The notes below the pieces were generated by a model. That model worked only from the letters and a program-made list of their open reading frames with translations. It had not been told where the DNA came from and made no database searches. A program made the position numbers and the translations under genes. This document shows, piece after piece, positions 50,201 to 62,250 of a stretch of DNA of 64,000 nt; the stretch's first letter is position 1; the number at the start of each line of letters is the position of its first letter. Source of the DNA: Lama glama (lineage: Eukaryota); the NCBI GenBank assembly GCA_028534125.1, contig CM052816.1:41542001-41606000 (forward strand). Reading direction: 5' to 3'.

Positions 50201-51415
50201 CAGATATTCACAATAAAATAAAGAGCAATCTCAGATTTTAAGGATTAGTTACAATGTCTCTGCCAGACATTTGGTGCTCTCCAGAAGAAAAGGGCTCTAT
50301 ATTCTCAAAGAAAATGCCATATGTCCCCCCTGCAATGATGCTGCATGCAAGAACAGTGACCATGTAGTCAAAAGATAATCCAGCAGACGGGAGAATGAGG
50401 CATCTTAGTTCACGAAAATAAGAACAATCACCACTGTGCAGTGTATATTGTCTCCATCAACGTACTAAAAAGGTAACCGGTTACAAAAACTTGGCTACAG
50501 AAAAATGTACTAGGCCTAGGGTCAAGAGAGGACAGATTTCCAAATCTTGATGCAGAGATATGCTTAAAAACCATAGTTGAGAGCCTTTGCAATGCAGGCA
50601 CCTCTGGCTCTGATTTTGTAACCAACAGAGAATGACCCAGAAAACTGGTTTACATGCCCACATACTGCTGTCAAACAACAGTACATGATAAGACACATCA
50701 GAAATGAGGAGAGGGCCCAAATCATGCTCCAGGACCTTACAACTGAAGAGTGTTTTATCCCAAGGGAACACCTTGGGTTACACAGTTTGAAGAAGACAGC
50801 AAGCAAGAATGAGCCAAACCAACAAAGTTTTCCTGTATCTCGACTATCATCAACCAGTGGAAGTTTTCTGGACATTTCCCAAGAAGTAGCTAGAGTTTGA
50901 AAATTAGAAATAATTACGGACTTCTGAAACTACAGACACTTGATGGGCAGGGTCTCTTCCCATGCTACGGACAGGCCAAGTGCTTCTGCCCAGGGGATTA
51001 TCAGGAGCTGGTAGCCCACAGCTGAGTGGCACCACAGTACACAAGGTACCTCAGAGAGTGGTCAGCTGGCCAACAGTCGCAGGGCTTGGTCAAGCACGAA
51101 GAATACACCTTTTTCCCCAAATCAAACTGCCTGAAGGTAAGCCATCTTTTCTCACTAAAGGAAGAAGCACAGAAAAATCTGTAGCAGAAATCTACATAAA
51201 AGGACTCGCTGTCATCTCATTCCTCCTTTTTACTTGTAATTTTGTTTTAATAAGGTTAGAGAATAGGCTAAGAAAGCTCAAGGGATGGGAAAGGACATTA
51301 AAACAAAAGAAAAAATAAAGCAAATGTATCCAAATTACTTGCAAAAAGTAATTTCTAAAATTTTGCTATTGTTTAGGTAATAAATGTATCCTTGAAATTT
51401 TTTTAGAAAAGGGAT

Positions 51416-51735
51416 TTTTAAAATTTAAGTGTAGTCAGTTACAATGTTTGTCTCCAGTGTACAGCGTAATGTCCCAGCCGTGCATATATATACATATATT
51501 CGTTTTCATATTCTTTTTTATTATCGGTTACTACAAGATATTTAATACAGTTCCCTGTGCTATACAGAAGAATTTTTTTTAAATCTATTTTTATATATAG
51601 TGGTTAACATTTGCAAATCTCAAACTTCCAAATTTATCCCTTCCCACCCCCTTTCCCTGGTAACCATAAGATTGTTTATTATGTCTGTGAGTCTGTTTCT
51701 GTTCTGTAGCTGAGTTCATAGTGTCCTCTTTTTTC
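51416..51735 (-). mobile_element. Short L1 3'-end insertion in RGMB intron 2
   Basis: Reverse complement of an L1 3'UTR like ~9430-9740; TSD ttttagaaaagggat at ~51401-51415 and ~51738-51752. Confidence 0.88.
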
Positions 51736-53331
51736 TTTTTTAGAAAAGGGATCCTTTTCAATGCCCCTGAGAAACTGATGATTTTAATAAATGGTACTAG
51801 GAATACATTTATAAAATAATTTATTCCAAAACCACCTTCTGTAATCACGGCACATAAAATCCCTTATTAAATCCACAGAGAGAGAGAGACACAGATACAC
51901 AGAATGAAGGAAACAGGAGCTGAGACAGAGAGGCTGGCAGAGAATGTGGAACGGAAGGTACAGAAGTCCAGCATCTGCACACATGATCTGATGATCTGGT
52001 TTACTGATCTGTGTGAGGCCCAGGAGAGCTACTGCCATGTATCCCCCAGAGTCTAGATTATGTGGACTACCTCCTTCGCCCAAAACAAAAACTGCTTTTC
52101 TTCCCATGCAGCCAAGTCTGCCAGTTCTGAGCCTGTCCCTCTCATCTCTCTACAGGCCTGAAGCCGCCCCTCACAAAGGTGTGGAGGGTGGCCCAGAGCT
52201 GACGTGGATCTCAGCTGAGGGGTGTGAGTGTGCCAGGAACCCCTGCAGTACCCCTCAGGCAGCAGATGGGGTGTGGAGATGAAAAAGCAAAATACCCGAG
52301 TCTAGTCTTTAGTTCAGGGTGGAAATGAATGGATCCTTATACACAACAATTACAGTATCACAACTGACCAGCCTCTAACAGTATGGTAGCATTGGTCAGT
52401 CTTTAAATCTACTGACACCGAGCATATAGGTTATTAAAGATTCTTGACCACAACAAGGATGACACACTATCTGCAATGTGTTTTCCTGGCTTATCTATAT
52501 ACGTTAAGGTCTCAGTAAAGCTGTAACTCATAATAAAAAATTCTTCTGAAAGATTTTTTTTTTTAAAGCATTGCAGTAGACAGCAAGGAAAAAAATTAGA
52601 TCTTTTTTGGAACTTAACTTCATATGTACTTTTTTTGGTCTCATATTGTTTTTATTTTTATTGCCATCATTTTTTAATTGCTTGGAATTTTTTTTTAAAG
52701 GTCTTACTTTGGCCCCGGGTAGGTAAAAGGAAACTGCACTGCAAAATTTTAGGCCTTTGTTTGGTTTAATCAGCACAAGCCATACCAACATGGAGACAGG
52801 CCTTCAACAGTAACCTTCCAGATGCTTCTGGGGGCTTTGGAGAGAGTTACGAAAAAGAAGACGGAAAAAAACAACTACTAGAGGTCATGAAGCCATAGAG
52901 TAATTTGTTGCTGAACAGCATGGTCACCAGATGTGGGGAAATACTTTCCAACAGTGCAATTAAAAACCAAGCATTCTCATCATCTGCCTGAATTTATGTT
53001 AGAAGATAGCTTTCCCCCTTTCCTTTCTGGAACGGGTGAAACCTTTGATCCTTATCAAAGTGAGAGAGGAAAACAAATCTGTACCTTTTATTTGCTAAAA
53101 ACTATGATAGGTTCAACCACCCCTGAAACAGAACGATCTAAACTACTTCACTGTCAGTTACTCCATCTATATATTAGTACTCAGAAGGTAACCAGTTGTC
53201 CCCAAATATTTTCAATACAATCAGAAAAAAAAAAAATAGAAATCTGAAAGGTTGAATAACAAAGAAGTGCCATGTGATTCGATAGAAGGCATGGAGAATA
53301 AAACTTTGGGCTTGTGAAAAGAAACACAATA

Positions 53332-53547
53332 CAGTTGACCTTTGAACAACAGTGGGGATTAGGGGCAAAGACCCCTGTGCAGTTCAAAATTCACATGTAA
53401 CTTTACGGTTGGCTGTCCACATCCAGGATTCTGCGTCCAACGATTCAACCAACCATGGATTGTGTAGTACTATCATACTTACTGTTGAAAAAAATCTACA
53501 TAAGTGGACCAGTGCAGTTCAAACCCATGTTGTTCAAGGGTCAACTG
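53332..53547. mobile_element. Tigger-derived MITE (MER8/Tigger2-like)
   Basis: 20-bp TIRs cagttgacctttgaacaaca / tgttgttcaagggtcaactg (19/20), with TA on both flanks. Confidence 0.92.
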
Positions 53548-54889
53548 TATTTTTCCAAGCACACAGCATTTTTTAACATCAAAAGTATTATTCGAAGGTT
53601 ACCCTGCAAGCCCTCAATTATATGCATAATCGACGATGATTTTGTCCATTTCCAATGCAACTGCTTTCTTGAATTTTCAGTGTTATGTCTTTACAATGAC
53701 TATTCCCAGTCTTATGCCCTACGATTCCTCAATAAAGATGGATTTTTGGCCATAGCTTGTCTTGTAACTTCGTAATTGTATAGTTTCATATTATAACTTA
53801 CAGCATATACATATTTCAATATACAGATAGGAAAAATTATTTGCATACTTATAAAAACCAGAGGAGGAAAAGTTTGAGATACAATATTTGGAAAGGCAAG
53901 ATCGGGCTTTTTGGGAGCTGAAATGTAAACAGTTTTGAGCTCCCCTAAGAGGTCTAGAGCGATGTAATAGTCTTCTTGGTTCAGAGCAATGATTTCTAAT
54001 CTTAGGTTTGTGACATACCTGGGGTGTCTCCAAGGTGTATCTGGGAGTGTTATAAAATTTCCTGCCACAAAATGCCAAGTAAAATCATTTAAATTCATTT
54101 AAAAACTATGCCATGTATGTTTGGAGGCAAGGGAAGGTGTTCTGTAATCAAAAGAACAAGTATTACAGAAGCTTTTTCCCTGTCAATTATACTTCAGTCC
54201 AAACCAACTGATGAATAGATAAAATAAACAAAGGAAATTAAACAAGATGAGATAATCGGTATGTATGATTTTGTGGTTGGGGGAGACAGGGAAGGAGCTG
54301 GTTACCTGGAACACTATTTTAGTAGACAACCCCTTTTGACCCCTTTATTTATTTACTAAGGCCTGAATTAGCGCAGACTGGCAACTGGAAACCCAGTCAT
54401 TGCTCCTAAACATTGGTGCCTTCAAGGTGGCTGAGGGGATCTCTTACGCAGTATTAGTTTCTTTAAAACAATCAACCAACAAATCACAGACACTGGCAGC
54501 TAGGAAGGGTAAGCTTAACTTCATTTTGTCAGTTTCCCCCTCAGCTTCTGACTTCAGTGGTTATCCTGAGATTATGTGGGGTTATACATCCTTACTCTGC
54601 AATATCCAGTTCTTAACTTCCTTGGTCACAAGGTTAGGAACTAAAACACCCCTGTGGGTTTGCCACTGGGGAAGCTAATTTATAGCCATTACATTTTACT
54701 ATAGCTTCCAAGTTTCCAATAAAATTTTCTGATGGGTTACCGCCTCAGGCTTCACAGTGTTTTTTATTGAGAACACCCATTTCAGTCACCTGATAAATCT
54801 CAACATGGATTTCTTCAAGAGATACACACATCTGCACTCACACATCACTGAAAAAAAAAAAACTTTAAGAAAATTAAAAAAATAGCTTT

Positions 54890-55043
54890 ATGTTTTTCTT
54901 AATTTATTACTGTATTATTTAATTATTTTATTTTGGTGGGCAGGAGGTAACTAGGTTTGTTTTTAGAGGAGGTACTGGGGATTGAACCCAGGACTTCATG
55001 CATGCTAAGCAAGCGCTCTACCACTTGAGCTATACCCTCCCCC
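54890..55043 (-). mobile_element. tRNA-Ala-derived SINE (vic-1-like)
   Basis: gaggtactggggattgaacccaggacttcatgcatgctaagcaagcgctctaccacttgagctataccctcccc plus a T-rich tail. Confidence 0.88.
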
Positions 55044-55353
55044 TAAAAGAACTTATTTTTTTCATTAAACAGGCCTGCCTTTCCCTAGAGAACCCAACTT
55101 CACTGTTTACTTTTTATTTTTCATATCATTGCCTATTTAAATTCAGACCCACATTTTACATAAGCCCTAGAATTCCAGCGAGAAATTTCTTACCAAGTAA
55201 TTTTCATTTAATCCTCCATCTATCCTGCTAATTGTGTGCCAAGAAGACCAAAGACAAGTTCCTTTTAAACTAGGTCTTTTGTATCACACTTCAAAAGTCT
55301 AAGAATCAAATATCTGAAAGCTGTAAGAAAGAGAAACAAAAAAGTATGCTTGC

Positions 55354-55862
55354 CTTATTTGTAGCAGTAGCACTGGATCCAGGGACCACGGGCACATTCG
55401 TCACTTGAACCGAAAGATAATTATTATCTATGAGTGGCCAGGCCCCTTCCACTTTGCATGTCTGGAAGTGATCCTTGAAAGTTCTAAGGTGAGGATCTCC
55501 GAACAAGCCACAAAAAAGGTAACTGGGAAGGTTCTGGTCCCCAACCCTGTGTTCTCTGGCTCCTGCGTGGCTGTGATAGTTACAAGGGTCATGGGTCACT
55601 TCAGGGTTGGTAGAGGATGTAGGTCCGTCCTTGGAACAGTTCCTCTGGCTCATGAGGTCACTGATACCCAACACGGCAGAATGGTAGACTAGGTTACCAC
55701 GGCAGGCTTTTGAAGTTCGCTGGGTGCAGCCAGCATAGGCACGCAGAGCCTTGCAGAACTCAGAGTCAAAGCCATCAATGGCAGAGTTCAGGTGTGAAGT
55801 CAGGGACACAAAGTCTGTGGTACATTTCTGGATTCGACATTGGGCCGGCTGTTGGCAGTCAC
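55354..55862 (-). CDS. RGMB: RGMB middle coding exon (N-terminal domain, GDPH autocleavage site)
   Basis: Acceptor ttcccacag|[29 protein letters not shown]...FGDPHLRTF (GDPH 55500-55489)...SSATATNK; donor AAG|GCAAGC; 509 nt; phases fit both neighbours. Confidence 0.96.
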
Positions 55863-58800
55863 CTGTGGGAAAGAAGATAAGACCAAACATTTTTTAAACG
55901 CTTCACAACTCCCTGAGCTACATGAGAAAATGACATTCTCCTCTGGGAACTGTTTGTTCTATTTCATGGACTCCTATTTTAAGAAGGCCGTCAGAAATAG
56001 GGCTGTATTGTGCTTCCGGGCCTCTCACAAAGTATGCCACTGGGAGAAAAACTGCATGCAGCTAGTTAACTTTAAACTTTAAAGCATGGACCATTGTGAG
56101 TAAACAGGAGTTGAGCCCAGTGTTCTTAAATTAAATTAAATTTAAATTACAAGGGAATGATAAATGAAATATTTGATCAGCTTTGCTATTGCTTATAGAT
56201 TTTGAGAAAGATTAGTTTGGTCTAAGGCCAAGTCAAAGATGTGAACTTTGTTTTGATTTTTGAAAACTACATAAGTAATTTGCTTTGGAAAGCACTGTCT
56301 ATGCACAAAACCACGAATAAACTCTGTGTACTTCAGGGAAGTGAAACCCCTAAATTATAACACGGTTAGTTAAAACCCCTTTATCCAATTCTAGTACAGC
56401 TATAGGGAAAGAATACCAAGAGAAAAAAAATCCAAATACTAAATTATTCTGCATTTCTTGAGGGATGCTTATCAACAAATTGTAAATAAACTAACACTTA
56501 AATCTCCTGGTTTCTACAAAGTGTAAATGTTCTCTTGAAAAAATAAAGTGATTGCTTTGACCAAGTTAGTCACTTATCCTGCAACGTCCATCACCCTAGG
56601 AGTCCAGCTCCCACACAGTTTATCAGTAGAAGTACACTGCATCAAAAAGTACACAACAGTGACAGGTGAGTCCGCCAACTATGTTTTTTTGTTTTTTTTT
56701 TCCAGAACCAGAGGACTACAGGACATAGAATTCTTAGAGGATATATAAACTACTTTTTCCCTTAAATCAGCAATTCACATAAACTTTATAATTTAAGCAA
56801 AGCTAAAAGGAAGTAATGAAAAATCATGTATTACTGCCCTACTATTTAAAAAGTCAATTTTCAAATAATGTTTTGGCCCTAGCTTCTCATATAAAAATTT
56901 ATAAAACCATTCAAAGCAAAAAAAGCAGAACGAGCTGCCTAGTAGAACATACTACGTCAGTGGTGTGCACCAATCAGTTTAATACCATATTCCATAAAGT
57001 AGGAACACCAGAATTACTGAGAAGAAAAATACTTTTATCACCCATCTAAGACTTTCTAGAAATGAACTGTAACACGTATTTGTGTTACCTGCACATTCTC
57101 TCTAGGTCTCTAAGCTATGGAGGAGACTTAGACTCTTCAGATCTTAAGTTCTTCATCTGAGAAATGAGTAGGTTGTTCTAAAGTAAAAACTGTGATCTTT
57201 TCCAGGCATAAAATATTTATTGTAGGCAGGGGGAAAAAAATCAGTCAGTAGAGTATTATTAAGTATATAATTATTCAAGATTGGGGCATAACAAAACTTC
57301 AGGATAATATCAAGATTTAAGACTTCATCGGATAAAGACTAAAACTAACACTAATAATCATCTTAGGAAGATATTTTAATCTTTTCAGTAGTAAACTGCT
57401 TTTAAACCTGAATGAAACAGCCTGTAATCTGTTTCTGGCATCAGCTAGAAGAAAAGGGAAGGAGGTGACAACCTCTCAAGATGCTTCCCCCACCTTTTTT
57501 AAATTTCAAAGACCAAAAAGAGAAAAAAAATTTAGTCAAGATTAGGTATTTGATTTAACACAAGTGAAAAAGAAGATTAAAATATTTTAATATTTTGCTG
57601 CTATGGATTTATAGCTATCACTAAATCACAATTTAAAAAAATCACAAACACATCTTTATGTGTTTGGCCTCTTTTCTATTAGCTCATTCCAAAGTTGACA
57701 AAAGCAGCTCCAATATTTATAGAATTCCTCTCTCCAAAGTAGATCAGATCATTTTTCAACTATTTTCACTCCAAAAAGCAAAAATGTAAACAAAACCCCA
57801 ATTAACCAGCAACCCTAAGAGGCATTAAAGCCATTTTACAGATAGGAAAATCCTGGCTGGATTATAAACAGCTAGTATGAAGCTCAGGGCATGGTGCCTT
57901 CCCTCAAATCCTGTTTTCCTTCCTCTGCATGTCACATCTCCACTAGATTCCTGATTCTCAAGACAATACTTGATAGCTTAAAAAAAGATCAGTAACTACT
58001 GTGTCATTTCTTTTTTCTTTTGAAATCAGATTCACAATAAGCAGAAAGCAAGAAAATAAACTGGGCCAAGATCACTCAGTAATGAACAGCTCTTAGACTA
58101 CATACAAATGACAGCACAAGAACTTTCCGCTAAACTTGCAGTGACTATCTGTTCTTTTTATGGTCTATAAAATCTATGCAAGCATGCACTCACTTATAAT
58201 TATTTCAAATGGTCATAAAATTTCAAAAGTAAGACCAGCATGGAAACACAGATGCAACTGTTTAGAAACGAAAAGAAAAGCAGGATTTAGATTCCCAGCT
58301 TCTTTTTTTGTCCCTTTCCTCCCGCTCCCCCCCTCCCCCGCCACCTCCATGCATAGCAGGTAGGTGCCGATTCATTTGAGAAATCTCACAGAAAACAGAA
58401 GTCCTTGGGTTCCTTTGTTTTGGACGAGGTTTCTAACAGCCTTTCTGAATAGAGATGACAGGAGGGAGGAGGACTCACTAGAGACAGTGCATTCGGGTCA
58501 GCAGTTTCAGCTCCTCCACAGGCTCCTGTATAACGACTAATTTGCTGTATACACCCAGAAATATCCAGGCTTCATGAATTTATAATGACAATGCACACTG
58601 ACTGTTATAAGCGGTAAAGTAAGCCTGTCAAAATGCCAAGACAATGGCTGAGCAGAAACAATCGCAAGGATGTAGCCAAGAAGGCCATGAAGCGTATGAG
58701 TAAGCAAGGAACTCCCATATTGGATCTCCATTCAGGAAGTGCATAAGTTTGCTTACAGGGAAAAAAAAAAAAGTAAAAGCACTCTTCATTTCTCAAGGGC

Positions 58801-60199
58801 AGAATTCAAAATCTACAGCTACAGATCTATTTTTCAAATCAAATCATCTATGAGTGGTGTGACAGTATTTTCATTCCAGTAAGTGAAATTTACTAAATGA
58901 TTTGTGGGTCTAGAGTTTTTATTAATGATTCAGACATAAAACCTCACCATTCAAGACAGTTTTCTCAGTGCCAGTATGGCACATGTGAATCTGCAGTCCA
59001 ATCACCAGTTTATGATAAAAGAAATGAGATATGCTGAAGTGAACAAAATGAGCCATATGGGGTGATGAGGCAAATTATATGGATCCAGGCATAAAACATA
59101 TGGTAGCCCATCTGCAAAGAGTACTCAGCTAGGCTCCCTGCTCTGAGCAGAAACAACCCCAGCATTTCAATAGCACTGCTCTGCAAAGAAATCTCTCAAA
59201 AGGAGCCCTCTTTTTTATAACCAGATTAATCGCTCCATTCCAACAAGTTGTCCACAGATATCACTCACCACAGCAACTCTGGGAAGATTCTAACAGAGGC
59301 TTTAGTGCGGGCACATTAGGATACTGAGAGAAGTTTCATATTCCAAGTTCGTGAACTGAGGCACCTTAATTTTCTAAACCTTTAAGCCAACTTCTTAGGC
59401 CTTTCATGGGCCCAGCAAAGAAATCTTCAAGGACCACATTCCAATCTTGTTTATAGGACCCTATGGCAACTAAGGGAAACAATATCGAAGCAGTCAAGAG
59501 GGACACAGTCCTGCCTACTACTTCAATTTCCGTTTCAAGAAACCTACACTCTGACATTATGGACAGTGATTTTTCACACAAAACACTCCTGAACAGATTA
59601 TTCTGACACATCATGAAAAATTTTCCATGTAACTGTAAGCTGATTCGTATTATTTCCTAAGGTTCTAAAGTTACTAACTTACAGCCTTAATCATTGTAAA
59701 ACTTGGTATTTACACACTTTATTAAGACTTCAGTCTAGGTTTCCCCAAGAGACAGTGTTAAAATGCAGCTGTTACATCACAATGCAAAGTTACACAAAGT
59801 AAATTAAGTCGTCTCCTCAAATGACACATTTTTCCTCCATTACTTAAAAGACCTCCCGGATTTTTAACACCCCTAGTATGACTTAATAAATAAATAAATA
59901 AATAAAAATTACTCTGTACAGTTGGGTGGCATTAAAGCCCAGGATTCTCCAGATTGCTGTCCTACAAAGATAGGACAAAAAGATCTCGAAGAAAAACTTA
60001 TCTAATGCTCTAGTTGTTCTCAAACTAAAAGATAAATTATCTTTCAACTTGATATTTTAAAAAGTTCTTTGTCTAGACACACTCCGAGAAGATACTTGTT
60101 TGTAAAGAGCGTCCTGGATTTTTTTCCTCCAGTTTTGAGATAAAATTGACATACTGTGCCAATGAAATCATTTAAAAAAGAAAAGTTAAGTATCACATA

Positions 60200-62250
60200 C
60201 TAAAAGGCTCATCTTCGCTAAGATCAGCGAGGAAGGCGTACTTTGCTAAGAACAGATTTCTCACAGCTGCTTCCACAGGCGAAGCGCCGACCTCCAGACG
60301 GAAGCATGAGATCTGTCAACCTCTCCTGGGACCCGAAAACACGCGGCCAGTCACAAAGTACGAGTTTTTCCAAAAAGGTTGAAAGCTGAGTTAAAAGCAG
60401 CTCTCGCAAATACAAAAGAAATTCCAGTTTAAAGAAGTTTAAGTTACTTTGAGATTAACCCCTAGGTTTTCAAACTGTGGTGGAAATCTTTCCATTTGGT
60501 GCGATTTTTCGCCTCGCCGCCCCTCCCAACTCAGAAGCAGCACAAGGCTCCTAGCCTCCCCTCCGAGGAGTCGGCGGCTGCGGTGGAAACCTGATCCCAG
60601 CCTGACTTTCAGTAAACACCAAAGCAGAGTGCAATAAAGCATCCGGAACATTTGTCTCCGGCGCGCAGCCCCCGCCCGCTACATCTTTGATAAGTGGCTG
60701 TTGGAGGGGAGATTTATCAAAGGTCCGAGCCGAAGGCGGGCAAGGCAGGAGGCAGGGCGGGAGGGGATGAGGCCTCTCCCCTGCGCTCTCGGAGCGCCGC
60801 TCCGTCGGCGAGTGTGTTTCTGCAGGAGAGCCGCAAGCCCAGCTAAGGTGCATGTCAGGGGGTGGTGAGGCCTTTCCCGCCGCCCTTCCGCCCCAGCAAG
60901 CGCCTTCGGGACGTGGGGTGTGGAGAAACAAAGCACTCGGCCCTAGGGCTGGCTCCCCTCGAGGGCGCGTCTCGTACCTGCGTGGAGCAGCCCAAGGCTG
61001 AGTAGCAGCAGCAACAGCAGCGCCAGGGGCGGCGGGCAGAGCCAGGGGCGGCGGCGCTGCTCAGCCCTGGCGGTAGCGGCGGAGGCGGCGGCGGCGGCGG
61101 CGCAGGAAGATGCTGCTCTCAAGCCCATGCCCGTCCATGCAGGTCTCGTGGGCTCCGGCGAGGGCGGCGGCGCGGGCACCGTGGCGGGTCCGGGGCCGTG
61201 GCTGCGGCATGGGCCGGGGGACGCGCCTCGCTTCCTCTTCTTCCTCCTTCAGGCCCGCGTCGGACACGGGCCGCGGCCACCGCCGCAGCGAGCAGCGCGC
61301 CGCGGGCGGAGCGAGTCGGCGGCGGCGGCAACCGGGCGCAGCGGCATCGTGGCGGCCAGAGACGGCAACGGGCGGGGGCAGAGCGAGGAGGAGAGAAGAC
61401 ACAAAGACGGTGAGCGAGTGCCGAGCCCCGCCTGAAGCGCGCCGGCGTCCCGGCCCCGGCCAGCGTGGGCTCAGCGGGCGTGGAGCGCGGGTGTGGACCA
61501 ACAGGAGGCGCACCCAGCCCCAGCGAGCAGCCGCCCGGGGCCCGGATATCTGCGCGGCGGCCCCCGCGCTCAATCAATCTCAGCTCCGCTCTGCCGCCCC
61601 GCCCGCCCTACACCCGCCAATCCGCGCCGTCCCCACCCCAGGCTCGCCCCGCCCTCCCGCCCCATTGGCTGCTAGGCGGTCCTCTCGGCCCAGTCTGCCA
61701 CTGCTAGGGTCCAAAGCGCCTGCTCCGCGCGTCTTCTCCCGCCCCCAGCCAGCCCAGTGTAATTCGAGTTCCGCGTCCGCCGGCTGCGCGTCCTGTCTGT
61801 CGCGCCCGGGCCCAGCCTCCCTCCCGCTCCCTCCTTCTCTCCTCCACCTCCATCAGCGGCGACCTGCAGAAACCGAAGACACCAACTCTCTTGACGTCGT
61901 TACAAAAGAACGGGTTTTCACCTCTCCTTGAGTTAATGTGATCAGGTTCCACTTCACTCCAAGGTTATTAAAAAAATTTTTTTTAATCATGCCCCACTCT
62001 GTTTCTCCGGCTCTGGCTCCTTGAAGGAAACGGGCGCTTTTACCTAGCGCGGTGTGGCAGGTCCCTTGTCAGCCAATCACATCCGCGGAACCGCGTCCCG
62101 AGCCTGTTGCGGATGTTAAGTAAAGCTAGCACCTAGTCGCGTAGGAAATCCGAATGTGACCCGCGGTCCGGAACAGATCGGATGGGCTGGGAAGGTACCT
62201 GCCAGTTCCCGGAGGAATTCGCTGGCAGCTGTGAGAGGCTCTGTTCTCGT
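60200..62250. promoter_or_regulatory. RGMB: RGMB CpG island / promoter
   Basis: Very high GC and CpG density; GC boxes 61595-61662; CCAAT at 61617-61621 (+), 61664-61668 (-) and 62073-62077 (+). Confidence 0.9.
60978..61128 (-). CDS. RGMB: RGMB first coding exon (signal peptide)
   Basis: ggcATGG Kozak context; MGLRAASSCAAAAAASAATARAEQRRRPWLCPPPLALLLLLLLSLGLLHAG; donor CAG|GTACGA; 151 nt (phase 1) joins G|GT. Confidence 0.92.

Noticed and set aside
54968..55043. tRNA-Ala(AGC)-like sequences (also ~22133-22205 and ~42477-42551)
   Set aside because: A-rich tails, stem-breaking substitutions and TSDs (clear for two copies) mark them as SINEs, not tRNA genes.
55863..55890. ORF-track start MFGLIFFPT for the middle RGMB exon
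   Set aside because: Intronic polypyrimidine tract; the exon begins at 55862.
61110..61931. 273-aa and other long ORFs in the CpG island
   Set aside because: Low-complexity Arg/Pro/Ala/Gly translations expected where stop codons are scarce.
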